NCBI GenBank assembly: GCA_024704765.1
Contig: JAKMXF010000295.1
Span: forward strand, 310,001 to 374,000
Direction: 5' to 3'
Origin: Oopsacas minuta
Taxonomy: Eukaryota; Animalia; Porifera
DNA length: 64,000 nucleotides
Shown here: positions 50,887 through 62,999 of the stretch, piece after piece
Layout: the number at the start of each line of letters is the position of its first letter
Numbering within the stretch: the first letter of the stretch is position 1
The notes under the pieces: model-generated
Told to the model about the DNA's origin: nothing
Database searches by the model: none
The model's input: the letters and a program-made list of their open reading frames with translations, nothing else
Made by a program: the position numbers and the translations under genes

Positions 50887-53383
50887 TATATCTGCAATAT
50901 ATTTGATGGCCGTAGAGATCAAACTCGAGTACTGGTAGAAAGAGATGATGGACATTTGCATCAGAATACTGCAAATGAACAACATTATACTGTCTTATCT
51001 GAACCGGGGAATCAGTATGTTGCCCATGTAACACCAAGTTTTGGTAAAGCCAAAGATATAGCAAGGGAATGACTGATCTTTTGCAGGGAGCGTAATTCAA
51101 ATTTATTGGCGGTTGGTGCTGATGGAGCTCGAGTTAACATTGGAATCTACAATGGGTGCATTAGATTACTTGAACTAGAGTTCACAAACCACTCCACTGG
51201 TTTATTTGCCAATTACATGGTAATGAACTTCCATTGAGGTATCTCTTTCAAATAATAGATGGAAAAACCAGTGAACCCAATTCTTTTAAAGGAGTAATTG
51301 GTAAAGAACTTAATCGTGATTTTACTTGCAAACCAATTGCAACGTATCATCCTTTATGCGGTAAAACTCAACTTATTGATTGCGATATTCTCAAGAATTT
51401 AAATAAAGATCAGAAATATCTATATAATATCTGTCATGCAGTTCAGACTGGTATTTGCTCATCTGAACTGGCATCGATGCAACCTGGTCCTATACATCAT
51501 GCTAGATGGACAACACTGGCCAACAGATTACTTAGGTCGTACATTCCTACGATACATCCCACACCTGAATTAACCCGACTTGTCAATTTTATTGTCAATT
51601 ATTATGCACCAGTTTGGTTTGGAATCAAGAGTAACCCGATTTGCACAGATGGACCTAAAAATATATTATTTGCGATATCTTTGCTACGAGATCTATCGGA
51701 GTCTGGCCAAGAAGTAATTTGCGATGTGATACAGGGAAACTCATATTTTTGTCATCCAGAAAATCTTCTGATATCTATGCTTGCAGATAATGATGAACAA
51801 ATTAGACAAAAGGCAGTGAAGACTATTTTAGATATCCCAATGAACAGTTCATCATTTAGACCGATTGAAATTCGCCCATTTAATCTTCCTTCAATAAGGT
51901 TCACTGCTGAAACATATGTGGATATCATTGATTGGGTAGCTTCTTTTATCACAGAACCGCCCTTTACAGAATATATCTCAAAAGAAATACTAATTTATAG
52001 TGTGCGTACTCCACTAGAAATTGCAGCATGTCTCCATGCCATACACAAGCAGTTGAAAGAACTATTCAATTAGCCAATAATAGCTCGTGTTCAGGTATAG
52101 GAGAAGATGCGAGAAATGGATTAATTCTTTCAACCCTAACATCAAGAGAAAAAATGCCCGCATTTGAGTCAAAGAAAGATTATGCATGTTAAATATACTT
52201 GATATAACATAATTGAATCATATACCACGATAGATAAAAAAGCTAATAATTTTCAAATAATCGGAAAAAAGTGGAGTGGGTAATAATATTAGGGTATGAT
52301 AGAATATGCTAAAAAATCTTGATAACTTGAGTATCCTTGGACATAGAAATTCGATTAATACACCATTCAATAGCAAATATGCGACTTACTATTACCAAAT
52401 AATATATATAAAGGGGCTAAGTCAAAGGAATTTGAAAATTCGGACAATATAAAATCAATTTTGCGGAAGTGACACAGCAAAAATATAAAACCGCAAGGGT
52501 CAAATCGAAATATTTTTCAAATTTAAGTCTCGCATTTTCCTAGAAAATGGTAAAGGCAACTTTTCCCTTAGGTAGAAGTTGAACCGACGATTTATACTTT
52601 TCTCGATCCGGCCTAATGTAAATGAACAATAATATGCATCAGAAATTCAAAAGATTACTGAAATAGCTTCAGTCATTTATATAATGTATGCATAAACATA
52701 GAATACAGCAATGAAGTCCTACATTTGATTGACCACAAAAATAGAAATACTTAACTGTTTCACCTGATACTTTACATATCGCTTGTTGAATATATCTAGA
52801 ATCTAATTCATAATTCAAAATGGTATACATTAAAGGTAAGAATTTGGGCCTAATGTACCCTAGTAGCCCACTGTGAAACCGCCTATTAACAATTCGTCTA
52901 ATACATAATCCGCCTATTAGTAACGTTCTTCATAGGCTAAGAGCGCAGTTTTGTATGGTAATTAGTGTGCATAATAGCAAATTCGCGTATTAATAAGGAA
53001 AATTTTTGCAAATACGATTTGCTAATTAACTGTTTGCAATGTACTAAAGGCTGCAGTTTCAGGAAGTCTTAGGACTACCTAACCTCAAAGATTTCACGTC
53101 GATGTTTTGTAAATGATATCGTGGCCATAACTTATAATTACATTTCGGCCATTTCATGGTACACATATCAACCGAACTGAAAATTAGAATGTGTATGGGG
53201 CCTCGAACTAGCTTTCGTCCAGAAGCCACAGTACACTTTGTGACGCCACCTGTTGCTCTCGTACTTGTTCCGCGAATAATTCAGAAGGTCGAATATCTAA
53301 AGATTTGATGGAATAAATATTACCGAAACCAATATTTGGGAGCATTTGCCGAATGTTCAGTTGGAATATTCGGTCGATCACTA

Positions 53384-54346
53384 CAGGGCCGTAGCCAAGG
53401 GTGGATCAGTGAGAGGCTCAACCCCCCCCTTGAGAAATGTGAGCCCCCTAGCTAATTTGGCCACCATCCAAAGTACTTTTGCTGTGCAATATCTATATCA
53501 TTTTTCTTGGAATTATGAATACCGTACTTAATTCCTCATTGATAGTTGTTGTGGATGTTTGAGTTTGACTAATTATACTTTACCATTGACACCGAAACCC
53601 CTTTATCAGGGAGGGTGTACCTGAATCACTAGGATTTGTATACCCTCCTTGAATACTAGGGCTTTAACCCCTCACACCGAGGGCTATAACAGTTTAGGAA
53701 TACCCTACTTGACTGCTAGGGACATAACTAGGTACATCCTCCATGAATAAGAGGGGTATACCCTCCAAATCAGGCGAGGGTGAGGGCCACTGAAAAAGAC
53801 AGGGAGCGTTAAACCTCCCTAACCCTCGCAACTTCAGCGCCATGTACTTTACTATATCTTTAGAGACTAAAACTCACAACCTGTGCCGACAGCTTGTATT
53901 TTTTGAATTGTATTAAAGTAACACTATATTAGAGGCACTATAAAGTATTAAATTCGCCCTAATTAATTGCCACTAACCAATACTGCAAATTTCAAACCCC
54001 TTCAATACCGTGCATTACTGGCGGAACAGATTCTAATAAAGAATTTTTGCTCTTCCGCTCGCATTTTCATGTTAATTAATAATTTATTTATGAATACAGT
54101 ACATGATAAGAGATGCTCACTGATATTTTCTCTACAGGAAGTATATCTTTTGATTGATTTTATATTGCCCACTTCATCTGTTACCTATTATTCATAAAAA
54201 CGATGCAAAAATATAAGAGTTTACTCGCTCAAACCTTAAATCTTACTAGTAGCAGCTATACCAAATATAGATATGACAAAAGTGATATCTTCAAGCCCCC
54301 AAACATGTAGTTAGCCCCATTAAAATACGTTCTGGCTACGGTCCTG
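53384..54346. mobile_element. Probable non-autonomous hAT-like element containing a partial CAACCTG MITE
   Basis: Ends CAGGGCCGTAGCCA and TGGCTACGGTCCTG. No TSD. Confidence 0.5.
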
Positions 54347-54567
54347 ACAGGCACTCTCTTGAATTTCGGTTACCATGTAAATGTTAATGCCGTACTGAAT
54401 ACTCGAATTTGATTGGCTAGATTTTAGGCGCCAAATTTTGCACTAGGATACTGTATAGTATAAACAACATTACACTATATGCATATTAGTTTACTAGTTT
54501 TTCTTTTATTCAATCAATTATACTTAGTTACTTATTCCTTGAATACTCATTTATTACTGAAACGAAG

Positions 54568-56077
54568 ATGACTTGTGTGGTGCCGGGATGCAATTCTAAT
54601 TACAAGAACCAGGAGCATGATGCGGCACACATTTTCATTCCAAAGGATAACGAGCTGTGAGAGGTGGCTTAGCTATCCTTAAACCGAGAGAGGATTATGA
54701 AGGAAATGCCAAACTACAGGTTAATTAATTAAATTTCAATTCCTACTTCAATATTTAGTTCCACTTATAGTCTTATACATACCCTAGATTGAATTGAATT
54801 GTAAGAATTCTACACCACACACATCGAAATTCGGAAATAGACAACATGCACCACTGATCTAGAGATGGTACAGATCGCACTTATGATGAGCAGAGTTGAT
54901 CAGAGAAATACGGTTGTTGTTAAATTCTTAATTCTTAACTTTCAAGACTTGTTAAATAAATTAGATTTACTCTACAAAATGTAAAGTTAGAACTTAGGAT
55001 ATTTCGTGCATCTACATATTGTGGACTGAATGGATTCAATAATATTTGGGATGTTTTCATGTTAACTGGGTTGGGAAATATCCATTTCAATAATGATTAC
55101 TCTGCTCCATTGTACTCAAACGATTCATGTATAGAGTTAATTGGACAGGTAGTAAATTGGTTAAATTGCTGGAATACTCTACCTGGTAAATTGGGATAAT
55201 TAACACTGCAAACTTTTTACGAGCTTTAGGCATACCTGTATGGCATTGTTATTGATAGTTAATCGAGTCATATAGGAATGCAATTCCAATACTTGTTAAC
55301 TGCTAGCATTCAAAATAACCCCTTAGAACATCACTTCAGACTCTATAGACAAATGTCTGGCAGCCACTACCATGTTACCTATACTCAAGTGCTAGAGGGT
55401 GAAAGAAGACTCCCACTATCAAATATTCTAAAATTGTTTTCTTTAAAATTGTCATCCGGAGAGGGTCCAATTTCTTTAAAAAAATTATTAGAATAAGTTT
55501 GTCGAAAATGTCGGAGATCAAGACTCAAATTCTGATCAATTACAATATGTCTGATAACATTACAAATTATTCTCGATATTCAGATAAGTCCATCACAACT
55601 TGAATGCCTTACTTATATTGCTGGTTATGTCATGTTTTCTTTCATAAAAAAACTAATATATGCACCAATTGTTACAATTTCTCAACGGCGTGATAAACAA
55701 ATGGAATATTTAAATGATGTTGGTTCTCAATATATAATTGTTGATTTTTAGATAGAAGTTCACTTATATTTCCATCACTTACCGTTATAGATTGTGTGAA
55801 TATTATTTACGAGACTTTTATGAAGACAGGCACCTCAGAAATTCTATGTAAAACTTTTATGCTGGCCCATGCGGAAGTTTATTAGTGCGAATAATAATGT
55901 CAATAATTGAAGAGAAGCATATTGAAAAATGGAGAGAATTATGTGATTGTAAAGTTTGGTGATGAGATGTTTTACATAAATTAGTAATAACTGTTTCAAT
56001 TTGTATTTTATCAAGGAGAATTAAGAATTTATATGCACAAGTCTGACAATACAAAGCTTAAAAAATTCAATAACTAA
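54568..56077 (+). pseudogene. P-element/THAP9-like transposase relic, internally deleted
   Basis: THAP start MTCVVPGCNSNY..PKD..L. C-terminal LQTF..FRHTC and YLLTASIQNNPLEHHFRLYRQMSG (QDxLExxF-type motif). The central catalytic region is missing; termini not found. Confidence 0.75.
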
Positions 56078-56780
56078 TCCGTACTTATCTCTTATAGCTG
56101 ACCTGATGAGACTCAAAAAAGACCCTCAATTAATTCCTACACAATTTACCACAGTACGATCAAGATTCTATGTTAGATGTGTATACGTGTATTATATCTT
56201 CATGTGTACTTACCTTCACTTAAGATATTACGTAGATGTGTACTTACCTCATTCAACATACTAGATGTACGATGTATCCTAACTGACTAACCTCTTAATA
56301 CATTAACGATACTAGATGTCATTTTGTATTGACCTCATGCTCTTTACAAGTGAAGATATTAGATGTGTATTGCTTTCGTTGGTATTTTAATGTTGTTTTT
56401 TTGTGATTGTTGTACTACTGATTTGTTTGTAATTTCTACCTTAGAATTGTTAATAAAAGCCATTATATTCTCGATGTTTAGTCTAGGCGATTAGATTGGG
56501 GAACAATGGGTTAACATAGTCTAGAACATATTCCGATCATACCAATTTTGCATATTAGAATGATAAATTTGTGCTCAACACAATTCACAAAATGTACATT
56601 GAAAGGCATTAATCCATGGTACATGAAGTAACAGTGCCTTAGTGTATTAGAATGCTATGAGAGAGCTGTTAACTCTTGGCAAGAACTTTTGACTGAAGGC
56701 ATGAACATCGCAACAACCATGAACTTTGGCATGAAAATGTAATGAAAATAGAGTAATCTATTAGTTTTGACGAGGAATGG

Positions 56781-57028
56781 CGGAACTTTCGTCTCAGGAA
56801 ATTTCGCATCCGGAAATTTGGTCTCGGAAATATAGTCTCTTCGAAAACTCGTATATGGAAATTTGTACCTTTCTACCTATTATATCGATCTTTTGCAACA
56901 TTATCTATATTCTTTTTGTTTTCTATAAAACAAAGCAACATTAGTAAAACCGCTAAAGGATACGAAAATTCCAAGAGACCACACTTCCCGAGATAAAATT
57001 TCCGAATTTTCCTGAGACGAAAGTTCCG
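56781..57028. mobile_element. ~250-bp MITE
   Basis: Inverted ends CGGAACTTTCGTCTCAGGAAA and TTTCCTGAGACGAAAGTTCCG, with internal ggaaa(t) repeats. Confidence 0.7.
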
Positions 57029-58346
57029 TTTACCAAATACAGGATCACTTGTAAAATGGTTTGTTTTTCTAACAAGAAATTTGCATAGTATATGTAACCT
57101 AAGTTTTACACGCATACTACAGCGATTCATCCCTGCTAGACCCTATAGCCATGATATTGTGGTGTGATTAAGATATTTCTGATCATGAGACCACGAAATA
57201 ATAATAATGATAAAATGATCAGTTAATCGGGACAAAACATTGACTCCTCAGCTGTCATGATTAATCGGCTTCCACAGTAGTATCATATTTTGAGGTGCTA
57301 AGTGCCAAACACACTGGACAAGTAATGTTCACAAGTCGCACTTAACGAGAGCAAATAAGCCCGCTCGCATATTGAATATTCTTCCGCCTGAATAATTATT
57401 CCACACTCCCATTACCTAGATTTCTTAAACCTGTGAATAACGGCACTTTTGGTCAACCTCCTCTGTGGCCGTAATATACAAGTTTGACTGTATATATACA
57501 CTTACTGTGCCGACTATACTATGGTAAGTGGCACTGAATTGATTTTCGTGTCCACTCTACAGCCTACAGCCGAGACCGTTTATGATTAAGAGCTGAAAGT
57601 TGTCAATGGGTTCATTGTGACCTGTAGATTTGCACCTCGGTATACTATTTTTGATCTGTCACAATTTGCCACTTTTGTGCCACTTCCTAATTTGCCATAG
57701 GAATTGTATTAGGTTTTGGATAAATGTTTATACCTCCTACTAGTTGCAAAATCCATGTAGGAAGTATAAACAGTATAGGATTGTGCTGTTATAATTCAAC
57801 TAACTTAGTAAACAATAGCTAGATTATGGAAATAATTATCGACACAATTGGCACAATTTGTGTGACGTCATAAACCACGTTCATTTAAAACGTGAATAAC
57901 TCAGTAACGATAACGGCTAAAGTAATACTTCCAATTGATGAAGTGTAGTAGGTTAGGATGGACACATTGGCCGCCATAACTATGACGTCACCATAGTGGA
58001 GGTGGTGATGAAATGCAAAACTTTCAAAAAGTGAGATTTCGGAAAATTAGCCAAAACATGAGTGTTTGTACATATTCACAAAATTTGTATATTTTGCTGC
58101 GTCAACATGGCGTCACTGAATACTAGAATGGTCATAAATATGAGATAGAAAATTACATAGAACTAATAAAGTGTACTAGATGTTACGACGGACAAATTAC
58201 GCATATAATGATGACGTACCAATTGTCTGGTAATGATGACAAAGAACACTTTTCAAACTTTGACATTTCAAAAATTTAAGAATTTTGTCATGTTTTTATC
58301 CAATTTTTAACAACTACGAGCGTAGCGAGCAAAAAATACATAATTA

Positions 58347-58511
58347 CAACCTGTTGCGACAGCTTAGTCTGGAGTATATTTGTATAAAGTTGTACTAGTA
58401 ATTGGACGCACTGTAAATGAAAATTTAACTAAATACACATACTAGTGCCTCCAATTACTTGTGCCACTTTAAACTAACTTAATCAATAGACTAAGCTGTT
58501 GCCACAGGTTG
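58347..58511. mobile_element. 165-bp MITE, CAACCTG family, TA TSD
   Basis: TA|CAACCTGTTGCGACAGCTTAGTCT ... AGACTAAGCTGTTGCCACAGGTTG|TA. Confidence 0.8.
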
Positions 58512-58886
58512 TAATTTTCACAGTTTTTGATTAATACTATAAAAGAACTCTGATTGTGAACCGTTTTCAGGGATTTAATATTTTCAATGATTCTACTTTG
58601 CATACAGTTGAAATCGGGTTTAGTGGTCCATTTCTTTCCTCGAAGACTAAGGACAAAATATCCGACAAACAACCTAACCCGATAGTATATATCCAAAATC
58701 ATATTTTCCGATGTATATGGTATTTTCGGGACGAAATAATCCGATAATCAAATAACCGGTGTTTGTAACCGTGTTCAACTTTAGTTTTACGTTTGGAAAA
58801 TTCGAGTTTTGGCCTAACTATTTTTGTATTTCATTAGCTTTGCTTATTAGTTCTTTTATAATTAAATTCAAGTTCCCTCTATCCTA

Positions 58887-60305
58887 ATGACTGCGTTATC
58901 TTCAAGTTCATTTCCTACTTTGTCTTTGAGTGAGCAAAATCACTATTCTCTCAATACCTATTTAGATAATCACAAATCCAATTCACGTTCTTTTTACAAT
59001 CCCAATCCTCTATGTTCTAAATTCTTTCAGCGCCTCCCAGCTGTAGAAAAAGACTCTAATTTTAGAATTGTAATGAGCCAACGGAAACATTTTAGCTTGA
59101 AAAGACCCAATCTTCATTCTTCTATTGTTGACACTAAAAATGTATTTCGACATTCCGAGATCTTTTCAGATGATCCTTCTCTCAAATTTCAGCCAAATAT
59201 TATTCCTCCCAATTCTTCTAAATTTGTTTCCCCACAAGATTATTTTAATCTATCTCCCAATGGCTCCAATATTTTACACAAGCAAGATTTTCTTGATGAC
59301 TGTAACAGCGAACTAGCTGTACATGTTCCTTTCACTGAATACACTTATCGGAAAGAACCAATTACAGATATTCAAGATATAACATTCCGCAAACCATCAA
59401 TTAACAATTTGGATGAGACTTGGTATTGCTCGAGCGAGAGCATACAATCAGATTTACAAATGCAAAGACTGCCTCAGTTTGATATTGCTAAAAATTCATC
59501 CATTTTGTGTGGCAACGCTCCAACTCGTAAATCTGATAGTTTGAGGATTCGAAAACTATTGCCCTCAATTAACCTGATTAAGCGTAAATTATTACCTACT
59601 CAATCTTTTGACGATTCTATACTTAATACCTCTAATACTGGAGAGGACTATGTTCAATCAACGACTTGTTCTGGCTCAATTGATTCAGGACATGTTTTTA
59701 AAGAAATTGGCCTAAAGAACTCCCATTCTGCAGATAAAAATTTGCATACATACTCTAATTTCACTGATTTTATTTGTGAACACAAAAAACAGAACAGATA
59801 TATGAAAATAAAGCAAAACGATATTATAACAGTTGACCTCAAACCTAACCATCGGGATACTAATTCGGATAAAAGGTATTTATCTTACTGTAGCTCAGCG
59901 TCTTCTATCGAAAGATCGGATATTTTTCGTTACCCGAATACCTCTCATCATGATGTTGATAATCAACACATATTTATTCCTATAATTCGTTCAGAATCGA
60001 CACCTTGTATTTATCCTCCCCCATTACGAATCGGAATTAAGCGAAGACTTAAGGAAACACAGCGTCCCGCTGCAAATTTTTCAAAAATGTACAATAGTCA
60101 AATTAATCCTTGTGTTTCTACTCCTAGCGTATCGCCTGTTGAAGATCTCAAGAGGTTTTCAAGCAGATCCCCTGAAAGTATACCAGAGGATTGGGAATGT
60201 GAATCTGTTTTGAAGGATATCCCTTTTTATGAAAAATCAAATCAGTTTAATAATATTCGAAGTGGCTCGGAAAAGCTTGATTTACAATCAATTGAAGAGA
60301 ACTGA
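58887..60305 (+). CDS. Uncharacterised 472-aa Ser/Asn-rich protein; intact single ORF, no recognised domain
   Basis: Longest ORF in the window, uninterrupted despite AT-rich DNA. No transposase motifs, TIRs or TSD. The true start and any upstream exons are unknown. Confidence 0.7.
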   Translation: MTALSSSSFPTLSLSEQNHYSLNTYLDNHKSNSRSFYNPNPLCSKFFQRLPAVEKDSNFRIVMSQRKHFSLKRPNLHSSIVDTKNVFRHSEIFSDDPSLKFQPNIIPPNSSKFVSPQDYFNLSPNGSNILHKQDFLDDCNSELAVHVPFTEYTYRKEPITDIQDITFRKPSINNLDETWYCSSESIQSDLQMQRLPQFDIAKNSSILCGNAPTRKSDSLRIRKLLPSINLIKRKLLPTQSFDDSILNTSNTGEDYVQSTTCSGSIDSGHVFKEIGLKNSHSADKNLHTYSNFTDFICEHKKQNRYMKIKQNDIITVDLKPNHRDTNSDKRYLSYCSSASSIERSDIFRYPNTSHHDVDNQHIFIPIIRSESTPCIYPPPLRIGIKRRLKETQRPAANFSKMYNSQINPCVSTPSVSPVEDLKRFSSRSPESIPEDWECESVLKDIPFYEKSNQFNNIRSGSEKLDLQSIEEN

Positions 60306-61343
60306 TTTATTCAAGCTTTGTAAATATTGTAATATGCTGCATGTTTAAGTTAACCATAATTTATGCTTTAAATATTTGTTATGTTCGCACAAACACCATA
60401 TCTTTGAATTTTATATTAAATGCTGTACTTTTTATGCTCACATCATCGAATCTTTTCAAACCTTATAGGTATGTATCATGTCACACCCTGCTATATATGC
60501 ACGCTTACTTATTCTGCAGAATCTTCTTGTCTTTGTCCAGTTTATGAAGAGTTGAATTGTATCAGGTGAGAGAGAATATAAATATACTAGTTTAACCTTA
60601 ATCGCGACTCTTTTCCTCCACTATCCACTATTTTCGTTTGAATATCATCGTTTGACTAAAATTTACATAAATCTTTTGAATAATTTCTTCCACTACAGTA
60701 GAAATCATTTATTTGCCCCCATTAATGCACGGGCAAAAGGAAAAAGCCCTATCGATAAAATAACCCTATTTAATTTCAAGCCATTGTAATATTCGTAGAT
60801 GAAAGTTTTAGTCCTGACGTTCGGTAGAGTTGAGCAATCAGATCACGATCCGACACGAACACACACAGCGTGTTCATGTTGATGTGATATTTGACCACAA
60901 CACTGCTCTAGTCTAGAGTCAACAAAAATCAAATAGTTAATTGAAATAGTAAGCTAATATTTACAAAATCTAATCAATTTTTTACTCATTGCATAGGCCG
61001 ATTTCGACTTTAATGTATTGAGTTTGTATCTTCCCCATTTATATTATACTTATCATCCAATTAGCTACCTCAGTATATTTCTTGTTTTGGTTGTTATGAC
61101 AAAATGCCATCTACATAAGAATGATTATTTTCCTTTATTTCTCACGGCCAGGTATTAAACTCCAGATTTTCAAATCAATTAGTGAATCGCCCTGCTAGTA
61201 ACTTTTATTGATTCTCAAAGAGGTAATAATCTATGTAGATATGTATTTGAACAATTTTTTGCAAAAGATCTTGATAATAAGGTATTTTCTCACAGACGGG
61301 ATGGGAATTTGCTTCCCCTTTTTACAATTTACTTATAATACCA

Positions 61344-61828
61344 CAGTAGAACCTCTAAAGTGGGGGATTCGGAAGGCGAAAGTTCGGATATGCCCCTATT
61401 CCCCACATATAATTTCAACGGTAAATGCCCTTTAATCAAGTTTTTAGAGTCAATTTGTATAGCCACTTCCTCCAATGACTGTTTTTTCTATGATATTTGA
61501 TTTTATAATATTTTAAAGGTTTATTTGTTCAAAACAAATTTTGTGAAAAAGTGTATTCCTAGAAATCAAAATATTTCAAATGATCATGGAATGCTTCTAT
61601 GATTACTTTCCAAATTTGCACCAAAATATACATTGCAATGAACTATATTGCAAAATTCCTCACTTCGAAAGGTTGATTTTAATAGTGTAAGGTATTGTTG
61701 CTCTTAAAGTGACCCCATTCCCCGCTTATAGAAGTTCGTTTCTATGGAAATAAACGAAAATAGACAAAAAGTGCCTCGCCTATAGAGGTGCCCAATTTAT
61801 AGAGACCCCGCTTATAAAGGTTGCACTA
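61344..61828 (+). mobile_element. Degenerate Tigger/pogo-like MITE
   Basis: Starts CAGTAGAACCTCT and ends AAAGGTTGCACTA|TA. Same family as 2821-4050. Confidence 0.6.
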
Positions 61829-62999
61829 TAACAGATATTGTTTAGTGGACTTTGGGGTGAAGAAATTGAATAAGGTGACATAATGGAACTTCTTCAAATT
61901 TAATGTTTCTAAATTAAACAGACATTTACGAATTCTGTAGCAGACCAGCAGTGCAGCTCGAGCCTCTGGGTCATGTTTCTAAAGAAAAAATCATTAGTAG
62001 TTAAATTAATTAATCATGTCATTCGAAGTATAAGTCAAAGATGTTAAAATACGATAATTATATGATTAATCAAATAGATTTAGAAACGTCAAAATTGGAA
62101 TCTACATACTAGAATACCCCTGAAAAACATTGGAACGAAAAATCTAGCATCGATTGGAAAATTGAAACATTTGCAAAAGGTGTGAAAGTATGATTAATCA
62201 TGTGATAAATAAGTGAATTTTAACTACCTGAAAATCTCAAATTGGACACTACGGACCCAACTACACCTGATGTCAAGTATAGTTTTGTATTGATGAATAT
62301 ATTCATTCAAATCCTATCATATTCAGGGCCAGCGCCACCCTAGGTGTCTTGGGCGTCAGGATACCCCCTACCACGCAAGAATTTGTCATTACTTTCTATG
62401 TCAAGGGTTGTTTAGGCACCCACTGTGAGCACCCAATGGTCTCAAAGCCAGCGCCAGACTTAAGATTCCTCCAAATCTTATCAAATCCTTTTGAAATCCT
62501 TTGAAATCCTGATCAAATATATCAAACTATTTTACCAGCATATGTATTAAATCATTTGATAGTGATTTGGCAAATCACAAGTGTGACAACATGTTGAAGC
62601 TTAATCTCTAGCATGCTTTCTATTTGATATAGAAATGTGTGAAAATTTGATTAATCACCAAAAAAGGAGTAAAATATTCACTTCAGAAAAATTTTATACC
62701 TGAGGTGAAATTCTCCAGGTTTGCCGTGGGAAGGGAAATTCAATCCCCATCCCATTCCCACGAGTTTTGCCCATATGGGAATTCTCATGGGTTTCTCATT
62801 AGGGTAATTCCTATGGGCTTTTCCTTTAGCATTTGCTGCCCACGAAATTTTATAGGAAACAATGTTGTTTACTTTCTAGCAACGGAATTGAAATCATACA
62901 TGCCAACTGTCCCGTTTATGGATGTGTTGTCGGCCTGAGGCTAATGTCCCGCCAAAACTTTCCGAATAACCTTAATAAACCCGCTTTGAATGCCCTTAC

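Larger units (their letters stand above)
47983..52192 (+). pseudogene. hATm-like transposase pseudogene, split by the 48850-50886 insertion
   Basis: Motifs AIYFDGRRD (frameshifted), EPG..HVTP, GADGA.VN.G, WFICQLHGNELPLRYLF, HARWTTLANRLLR, YAPVWF, YFCHPENLL and TEPP. The subfamily label is from memory. Confidence 0.75.
47372..52615 (+). mobile_element. Long-TIR hAT-superfamily transposon (hATm-like), nested in the Transib 5' region
   Basis: ~370-bp TIRs starting TAGGCCGGATCGAGAAAAG. Perfect 8-bp TSD ATGTAAAT at 47364-47371 and 52616-52623. Confidence 0.9.
42034..52875 (-). mobile_element. Transib (RAG1-core-like) transposon; ~3.2 kb native sequence expanded to 10.8 kb by nested insertions
   Basis: Both ends read CACAGTGGGCTA. 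Flanked by the direct repeat AAACCG (42028-42033 and 52876-52881). Subtracting Merlin and the long-TIR hAT leaves ~3.2 kb containing one transposase. Confidence 0.85.

Noticed and set aside
46939-52875. RAG2-like partner gene inside the Transib
   Set aside because: After removing the nested elements, only ~0.7 kb (5') and ~0.4 kb (3') of non-coding DNA remain, with no ORF.
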